Source: Eledone cirrhosa
Taxonomy: Eukaryota
Direction: 5' to 3'
Length of the DNA: 64,000 bases
Assembly: GCA_964016885.1 (NCBI GenBank)
Contig: OZ024743.1
Span: 157,666,001 to 157,730,000 of the forward strand
Shown: positions 55,463 through 64,000 of the stretch, piece by piece
Position numbering within the stretch: position 1 is the first letter of the stretch
Layout: every line of letters begins with the position of its first letter
Made by a program: the position numbers and the translations under genes
The notes under the pieces: model-generated
What the model was told of the DNA's origin: nothing
The model's input: only the letters and a program-made list of their open reading frames with translations
The model's database searches: none

Positions 55463-55720
55463 AGGCGTGTGGCTGAGTGGTTAGAGAATTGGATTCGCAA
55501 TCGTAAGGTTGTGAGTTCGATTCCTGGACCAGGCGATGCGTTATGTCCTTGAGCAAGACACTTTATTTCACGTTGCTCCTTCTACCTGGAGTTGCGACCG
55601 ATAGATAGTATTAGCAATTGGAAAGACCAACGGAAACATTGTTCCCTCGGTCCGATTTGACGAAAGTCGATCGTTCCTTATTATAGGGCCTGGAGTTTAC
55701 ACTTGGATACGTTGTGAGCC
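55463..55720 (+). mobile_element. SINE family B (CORE-like)
   Basis: ggcgtgtggctgagtggttag...gagttcgattcc...tgtccttgagcaagacactt. Confidence 0.85.
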
Positions 55721-55744
55721 ACAGTCTTCTCTCTCTCTCTCTTT

Positions 55745-56035
55745 CGCCTTGGTTAACTTTGCCTTTCATGCTTACGGGGGCGATAAAATAAAGCACTAGG
55801 ATAATTGCTGGCCTTGTGTCAAAAGTAGAAACAATTATTATTATTGTTGATTGGCAGTATCGGTAGTGGGTCGGACACCATGCTTTGTAGCATAGAGTTA
55901 CGGCCCTTTATGATCTGAGATCAAATCCCGTTGAGGATAACTTTGCCTTTCATCCTTACGGTGTCGATAAAATAAAGTACCAGTAATACACTAAGTTAAT
56001 TGCTGGCCTTGTGCCAAAAGTAGAAAGAATTATTA
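55745..56035 (+). mobile_element. Two adjacent SINE family A copies (partial 55745-55840; 55849-56035)
   Basis: Match the family consensus. Confidence 0.85.
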
Positions 56036-56835
56036 TTGTTATTCAACTTCCTCGTCTTCTAATTTTTCTTCTTTATCTTTCTTTTACTTCGTTTTCATTT
56101 TCATTTCCTCATCATCTTCTTCCTCTTGTTTTCCTCACGTACCATTTTTCATCCTTTATAATTACTTCAATCACAGCCACGACCACGACCATCCCTACCA
56201 ACACCTCCACCTTCCACTTACATTACTACTGGTGCTATCATCATAACCATCTCCTACATTTGCCTCATTTATGACCAATCTACTCCCACTGTCACCACAG
56301 TTACTGCTACAAACACTATCACTCGCTCCCATCACCAATCCCGTCATTTCTTTTTCTCAGCTTGCTTATCTGTGTTCACCCCCGCTTATGTTGACACGCC
56401 ATTTCCTTGTAAACACAATGTCTTCGTTTTCTGGTTGTTGTTGGGTTTTTTGTTGTTGTTTTGTTTTTTTTGTTTTTGTTTTGTTTTTTTGTTTTGTTTT
56501 TCGTGGTTTTACATCACATATTTCACTATAGGATGTCTTTACAGTTGAGGAACATTGCCAAGCCTGTTCTTGTCAGCCACCCATGACCAAACGTAAAGAT
56601 AGTTATAATCACAAACTAAATCTCCTATCGTACACAATCACTTCAACATACATCAGTTTAAATATTTTAAAGTCACTGTTATTTTATATGTATTCCATAA
56701 ATCTAAACGTAAAATGGAAGAAACAAAAGTAACCAATATTATTAGAGTGTTTTATACAGATAACTGAAACCAAATGTGTAGCCAGTTGTTGTTTATCTTC
56801 AGTCAGACGATCTATGGTATGGAAATAACGGAAAG

Positions 56836-57845
56836 GTGGTGGTAGCCGTGGTGGTGGTGGTGGTGATGTTGGTCATGGTGGTGGTGATGGTGGTCATGGT
56901 GGTGGTGATGTTGGTTGTGGTGGTGGTGATGGTGATGGTGGTCATGGTGGTGATGGTCCTGTTGATGTTGATTGTGGTGGTGGTGGTGATGGTGGTGGTG
57001 GTAGTGGTGGTGATAGTGGTGGTGGTGATGGTAATGTTGGTTGTGGTGGTTTGTGATGGTGGTGCTGGTGGTGGTGATGGTGGTGATAGTGGTGGTGGTG
57101 GTGGTGGTGATGGTGGTGGAGGTGATAGTAGTGGTGGTGGTAGTAGTTGTGGTGGTGATGGGGGTGATGTTGGTGATGGTGGTGGTGGTGGTGGTGGTGG
57201 TAGTGATGGTCATGTTGATGTTGATTATGGTGGTGATGCTGGTGGTGTTGCTAGTGATGGTGGTGGTGCTGATGGTAGTGGTGGTGGTGGTGCTACTGCA
57301 GCTGCTGTTGCTGCTGCTGGTTGTAGAGCTAGTGTTGATGGTGGTGATGGTGATGGCTGTGGTGGTATTGGTGGTGGTCGTAGTGGTGGTTGTGTCTATA
57401 GTGGGGCTACTGCTGCTGCTGCTGTTGCTAGTTTTGGTGGTGGAGATGGTGGTGGTGGTGATAGTGGTGATGGGTTTGGCGGCGAGAACGATGATGCTCG
57501 TAGTTGTGGTGGCGGTAGTGGTGGTGGAGGAGTGGTAGTGATAGCACTGGTGGTACTGGTGGTGATGGTGTTGTTGTTGGTGATGGTGGCGGTGGTGGTG
57601 GTGGTGGTGGTATTGGTAGTGGTGAAAGTGATGATGGTAGTAGTGGTGGCGGTGGTGGTAGTGGTGGTGGTAGTGGTGGTGTTGGTGGTGGTTGTGGAGG
57701 TGGTTGTGGTGGTAGTTGTGATGGTGCTGGAGGTGACAGTGGTTGTGGTGGTGTTGCTGGTAATGGTGGTGAAGATGTTAGTGATGGTGGTGTTGTTGTT
57801 GTTAGTGGTGGCGGTGGTGGTGATAATGACAAAGTCAATTATAAT
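56836..57845. repeat. Degenerate (GGT/GAT/GCT)n trinucleotide array
   Basis: Read directly; explains the poly-V/G/H/T/P ORFs. Confidence 0.9.
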
Positions 57846-58097
57846 GATGAAGTGACAGGGGTAGCAATGGCGTTGATGTATCCGGTGTGAGTTTAAAAGA
57901 AATATCTTGACATATATTTCATGAACCCTGAGGCTTGAAATATGGTTCTGAGTTTAACTCCGGTTTCTGTAGCAAGATGCAAATGTGATGTTATCTTTCC
58001 TAACCTCACATGATATCTTACTTTTGTAACGGACAACTAGAGCAATAAAAGGAAAAATTAGTCTGGTTGGAAATTAAACTCACAACACAGATCCATT

Positions 58098-58260
58098 TGG
58101 ACGCCATGCTTTTCGGCATAGAGTTATGGCCTTTTATGATCTGAGTCCAAATCCCACCGAGGTTAAATTTGCCTTTCATCCTTACGAGGTCGATAAATTA
58201 AAGTACCAGTAATACACTGAGGTAATTGCTGGCCTTGTGTAAAAAATAGAAACAATTATT
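58098..58260 (+). mobile_element. SINE family A, 5'-truncated
   Basis: Matches the family consensus. Confidence 0.85.
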
Positions 58261-58940
58261 GTTGCACTATCATCGAATACATATATCTAGTCGTTATTGA
58301 TTAAGTAATTGATTCATCTTCTTATTGGATTAGATGCTTTATGTTATTTGTTCCACCTCTAAAACTGAACCCATTTTTCAGCATCATTTTTCTAAGTCCC
58401 AATGTCAGGAGAAATACATAGTTTTTGCATTTGTGGCTCTGTCGCAGATCGTTCTTTATATACTATCTGTTTGTTCATCCACCATAACCCTTTTTTGCAT
58501 CCCACGTTCAATACCGAAAACTACGTTTCACATGAAAGTTACCCGATTTTGTGCCTTGGTACCAATGTTAAAAGGACATAGTTTCCTAGGCACGTGAGTT
58601 CAAATCTCAAAGGGTTGACTTTACTCTTCGACCTCATGGGTTCATGAATAAAGGTAGCAGCCTTATATTCGATTTAATATAACTATCTGCGACTCTATTT
58701 TAAATTTTGGACTTGAGTTAATGTAAAGTAATATTTTTTCTTCGACAACTGAGTTTCGATAATATGAGATGAAAAGAACATTAATTATTTGTAATAAGAT
58801 ATTTAGTCGAAAATAGAACAAAACAAGCATTTTAGATTGACTGGGATATGGGTGTTCAGAAATAGTACGACCAATAAGGAACAGATATAGTACAACAGCT
58901 AAGAAAAGAACTGTTCGATTCTCACAACATATATATGACG

Positions 58941-59209
<269 letters not shown>

Positions 59210-59524
59210 AAGAGTTAGTGCTTTTCCGGTAGCGTAGCGGCGCCGAAGCCGTTGTCAGTAACTGTCCTGCATTCGTTTTTTTTTTTTCTTTTTCTTAGAG
59301 CTCGGGCTTCCGTTGCCGTTGCCGTCGTCGTCGTCGTCTTTCGTCATTCAAACTTTCGAGTTCGCTTGCGAAGGCTGCGCTGGCGGCGGCGGTGGTCGGT
59401 TTTTCGGGCTCGAGAGCGGGGAACCGGCGTGAACAACCCCGGCGTCGGCACGTCGTCGCGTTGGGCCAGTCGGTTGGCGAACGCAGCGCTTCTTAGAGGG
59501 ACAGGCGGCAGAAAGCCGCACGAG
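59210..59524 (+). pseudogene. 18S rRNA fragment, sense (probable expanded V7 up to cttcttagagggac...gccgcacgag)
   Basis: Conserved cttcttagagggaca at ~59488; the upstream GC-rich stretch is inferred to be the V7 expansion. Confidence 0.65.
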
Positions 59525-59998
59525 CCTTGTTACGACTTTTACTTCCTCTAAGCGATCGGGTTCGGTCGTCTTCTCCGAGCCATCACAGAGCGCACCGACG
59601 ACGGCAATGAACCGACCTGACGGCCGCACCGAAACGCCGCCGCGCGGCCTGCGAACTCGTCGACCAGATCCTAGGACCTCACCGGACCGTTCAATCGGTA
59701 GTAGCGACGGGTGGTGTGTACAAAGGACAGGGACGCGATCGAGGCGGGCTGATGAACCGCGCCTACCGGGAATTCCTCGTTCCCGGGGTTGGTACCAGGC
59801 CCCGATCCCTATCACAGGAGGTGGTTCAGAAGTTTCCTGACCCTCTCGGGCCGGGGAGCGGCGCCCGCTGATACCTCCAGTGTAGCGCGCGTGCGACCCC
59901 CGACATCTAAGGGCAACACAGACCTGTTATCGCTCTGCCTCGTGCGGCTTTCTGCCGCCCGTCCTTCTATGAAGCGCTGCGTTTGCCAACCGACTGGC
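59525..59998 (-). pseudogene. 18S rRNA 3' fragment
   Basis: Reverse complement holds taacaggtctgtg.tgcccttagatgt, gaggaattcc, tttgtacacacc.cccgtcgctactaccgattgaa and aaaagtcgtaacaagg, with substitutions at universal positions. Confidence 0.93.
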
Positions 59999-60150
59999 TC
60001 GTACGCGATGACGTAGGCGCTGAGGTGGCAAGCCGCAGGTGTGAGCCTCGCAAGATGGAATGGCTCTTCCAGCGCATCTCCCTTACCCTCCTCCGGGCAA
60101 ACACCTTCTCCATTCTGTCCGCCTGGGCTGTGGGACGTCCAGTACGTGAG
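59999..60150 (+). mobile_element. CRE-clade extreme 3' fragment
   Basis: EPRKMEWLFQRISLTLLRANTFSIL is homologous to ESREVGWLLQRVSLTIVPGSAFAVL at ~23255-23330. Confidence 0.75.
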
Positions 60151-60399
60151 ACCCCCATTTGTTCATAATACAGAGAGATGTGGTGGGCGAGAGAGATGGA
60201 GGCGATGACAGTGGGAGTTTGGATCTTCCGTGTTCGGACCCATTAGTAAGCCAAACATTTGTAGAAGCTTTCAGTGTCATGAAACCTCCACCACTAATAC
60301 CACAGTTATTACTACTGCTACTTCTATTACCATCAGTGCTGACCTGGAGCTATAAAATAAGTGTGTTTCTTTATATTTCTTACTTCATATATTCTCGCC

Positions 60400-62800
60400 A
60401 CCTTTTGTTTAATATTGATTTTCTATTTTATTGAGTATCCTCAATCGTAAATCTTATGACAACATTCTAGAAAAATCATATTTCCTATAGTGCTATGGTG
60501 AATTTGGTAACCTAAAATAATTTTCTATTTTTTCCATTTCTATAAATCATTTAATTTGAATTTATTTTAATGAAGCTACAATTGATTACAGGAACTTCTG
60601 CTGTCTTAAGCTAATTAGATGTTTATTGACTTTAAATTAAGACAGATATAATTAATTGGCTCGTGGAATTCTTATTTTGATAATTCGCTTTTATTTCTTT
60701 TAATCAAATATTCTTTTTTCGATGAAGAATATATATATCATCGCCATCATTAATTTAAGAACCACTACATGGATGCTCGCTCCGAAAGAAATATATATAT
60801 AAAATCGATCATAGATAACACTTAAGACAAGGACATGTTAAATAATACTTCTAACTTTTCTCGTGTAGTTCATAAGCTTTATCTTCATTTTTAAAATCGT
60901 ATCGCAGGCCATAATATTCGCTTCACATCACTGTGAGCATATATATTGCTTTCTTCGATTATAAAGAATCGATCTATATATTAGAAATCAATCTCCAGTT
61001 CTTCTGTTCGTCTTATAGCATCCGTTTTTGTAGCATCCATTTTTGTTTGCCGGTGATATACCTTGTAATTCCAGATATCTATACGTGATTTCCACAATAA
61101 AGATTGTGTTTTGGCTGTTCATTTAATTGGCAAGCACATTATTAGTAAGAAACATTTCAACACAATGTCTTCATTTTAGATTTTTCAAACATTGAATTTG
61201 TCACATATTTTGTCATAGGTTCTCAGCGAGGAAATATGTCATTATTTTATTAGGATTGGCAGTATCGGTAGAGGGTCGGACGCCATGCTTTCCAGCATAG
61301 TTACGTCCCTTTACGATCTGAGTTCAAATCCCGCCGAGGTTGACTTTGTCTTTCATCCTTACGGGGTCGATAAAATAAAGTACCAGTAATGCACTGGGTA
61401 ATTGCTGGCCTTGTGCCTAAAGTAGAAACAATTATTTAATTAGGATTGGCAGTATCGGTAGAGGGTCGGACGCCATGCTTTCCAGCATAGTTACGTCCCT
61501 TAACGATCTGAGTTCAAATCCCGCTGAGGTTGACTTTCTCTTTCATCCTTATGGGGTCGATAAAATAAAGTACCAGTAATGCACTGGTGAATTGCTGGCT
61601 TTGTGCCAAAAAGTAGAAACAATTATTTAATTATGCAGTGATTATTTGATTTTAAGTAGTCAGTAGCTTTGTAAACCAATAATACAAGAGGCACAAACCA
61701 ATAATACAGTTGTGCACTTCTCTGCAACAATACAATTTAGTCTTCTGCTATTACAAACTGCTAGTCAATTTTAGACTACAGTAAAATTTGACTTGTATTT
61801 ATTAAATTAAATATTATCTTATTATTCTCTAAATTATTGATATCAATTTTTTCTATCAACAATCATATTTTTATGTGTGATTTCTCTCCACAACTATAAA
61901 CAATTCTGTGGGGTTTAGTATGTGTAGTCTTTTTTTAGATGCTTCCATTTTCTTGTTTTCAATTATATTGCATTTATTCTGCGTAATGTGTTGTCAATGC
62001 CTAGTAGTGATATTTTCTGTACGTTGTATATCTTTTCATTTCTTTTAGAGAGACCTCATTTTGTTATGGTTTTTGCTTCTACTTGATCGTACAGTCTGAA
62101 CGGATAGATATAGCCTACATTCTGACCATCTGTATTTCCAGATCCTTATATTTGGATCATTTCTTCATTTTTAGGGAGAGAGAGCGAAATACATCATCGT
62201 TTGTTGGAGCTAATACTTCTATTCAAATACACTTCCTTTCCGGTTGATTACCCTTGACCTTCATGTGTGAATCGGAATATCCCTAAATATGGTTGCTTTG
62301 TCAACCTCTGGTATCTTCTCTGGTGTATGATTATGCCACTTGTTTTCTATCGATATTGCATTATTCTGACATAATTTCCAATATGTAAAAGCCCCAACAC
62401 TCATGCTTAAGGATGTATTTTTTTTTTGCCTAAAACAATGAGAGTATCTCTTTCTCTCTAACTTAGTATATTCTGAAATTATATCATTGCATTTGTTGTG
62501 GTTTCTGTTAGGAATCCTCTAACTCTATCTAAAACATCCTCTGTTTCAGCTTCACTTCCTGTACTTCTTATCTGTATACTCTTGTTCAACTTATATTAAA
62601 GTACAACTCATGTAGGGGTTTCTCTTACTATAACTTTAGCATGACATATTGCAGCCCTGTTCTTTAGCTTTCTACCAATTTTTTACGTTTATTTTTCTTT
62701 TTCTTGAGATTGTTACATCAGATTTGTTGGCATTCTTGAAGAGTGATGTTTTATATGTTAGCGTTTTCCATTGTTATTTACTAGATATTTCGGGATCCTA
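60400..62800 (-). mobile_element. Very degenerate LINE (possibly L1-like ORF1 / endonuclease region)
   Basis: A-rich minus strand with faint motif remnants only; no open frame. Confidence 0.3.
61253..61628 (+). mobile_element. Tandem pair of SINE family A (190-bp period)
   Basis: Both start at ggattggcag; attattt(t/a)atta at all three junctions. Confidence 0.92.
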
Positions 62801-63192
62801 CAGTTAATATTTTGCAGAACACGTCTACCTCCCTGTATTTGTATTAAATATATTTTTTGGTGTCAGATTCTGGGTCGAGTGTTCTAAATATCGTCTTTAT
62901 CTTCCGTGTTTTTTTTGTTTCTTTTTTGGGGGGGTTTTTTGTTTTTTTTTGTTGCTCAGCCATGCTAGTTATTTCGGAAATATTATAATTATAAGAAATT
63001 TACTAGGGCATCTTAGGTATTAATTCTTATTACCTTGATTTTTCATTTATCTTTGTTGTAATTATTAGTCTAATGTATCTATAAGTCTTCCCTAATCTTT
63101 TCTTTTATTTGTGTGTATTATGTTGTCTAGCTCACTAGATTATAAGATCTTGTTTGATCGAATTCTTTTATCTTTTATTATTTAGCATTAAA

Positions 63193-63758
63193 GGGCATGG
63201 ATTGGCAGTATCGGTAGAGGGCCGGGCGCCATTCTTTGCAGCATAGAGTTACGGTCCTTTATGATCTGAGTTCAAATCCCACCGAGGTTAACTTTGCCTT
63301 TCATCCTTACGGGGTCGATAAAATAAAGTACCAGTCACGCACTGTGGTCGATTTAATCGACTTTCCACTCCCCCCAAATTGCTGGCCTTGTGCCTATAAA
63401 AGAACCCATTATTTAGCATTAAAGGGAGGTGAATTGGCAGAATCAGTAGAGGGTCGGACGCCATGCTTTCTAGCATAGTTACGTCCCTTTACAGTCTGAG
63501 TTCAAATCTCGCCGAGGTTAACTTTGTCTTTCATCCTTACGGGGTCGATAAAATAAAGTACCAGTAATGCACTGGGATAATTACTGGCCTTGTGCCAAAT
63601 GTAGAAACAATTATTTAGCATTAAATAAGTTCAAATCCCGCCGAGGTTATCTTTGCGTTCATCCTTACGGGGTCGATAAAATAAAGCACCAGTAACATAC
63701 TGGGGTCGATTTAATTGACTTTCCCCTTGCCCTAAGCCTTGTGTCTATACTTGAAACC
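63193..63758 (+). mobile_element. Three stacked SINE family A copies
   Basis: Separated and flanked by four copies of attatttagcattaaa. Confidence 0.92.
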
Positions 63759-64000
63759 ATTATTTAGCATTAAATCAATGCTCTTAATTAATCTTTCTTT
63801 TACAAGTGTTAATTTAATGCCTTCTCTTAACTCCAGTCTTATATCAATTGCTTCAAAAAATGTTTGCACTGTTTGTAGCAGTGTTTGTGGTTGGAGGAAG
63901 ACATTTCTCTAGTACAAGCAAATTTTACAGATTTTACACAAAAAAACGAAAACATTCGAACTGATTTTCGCATAAATTTTGAAAAGAAAAAACCCTGATC

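Noticed and set aside
56812-57855. 339-aa Val/Gly-rich and His/Thr/Pro-rich ORFs
   Set aside because: A trinucleotide array open in several frames on both strands; no splice or domain evidence.
59525-59998. Functional rDNA unit
   Set aside because: Only a fragment, rearranged, mutated at universal positions, with no 5.8S or 28S nearby.
63177-63774. CRISPR-like repeat/spacer pattern
   Set aside because: The spacers are ~130-215-bp SINE copies and the repeats are TSDs; eukaryotic context with no cas genes.

Overview
AT-rich, gene-free animal DNA, most likely octopod cephalopod. The species call is inferred from very long (TA)n/(CA)n tracts, two abundant tRNA-derived SINE families and a GC-rich 18S fragment with an expanded V7. 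I found no credible host exon, and almost all listed ORFs are microsatellite translations. The window is a pile of retroelement relics: at least 5 Penelope-like elements (PLE; RT and/or GIY-YIG), an RNase H-bearing I-group LINE, CRE, RTE, R4/Dong and L1/Tx1 LINE fragments, about 20 SINE copies or fragments, two MITEs, a Helitron-like repeat and a rearranged 18S pseudogene. The main hidden signal is about 17 type I hammerhead ribozyme (HHR) motifs from about 11 sequence families, including U3-A8 core variants. Most sit in short non-coding elements embedded in (TA)n with a partial inverted copy. One family forms a 497-nt head-to-tail HHR-bounded unit (37388-37884) that looks like a non-LTR retrozyme able to release a circular RNA. 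All folds were derived by eye, and coordinates of degenerate elements are approximate.
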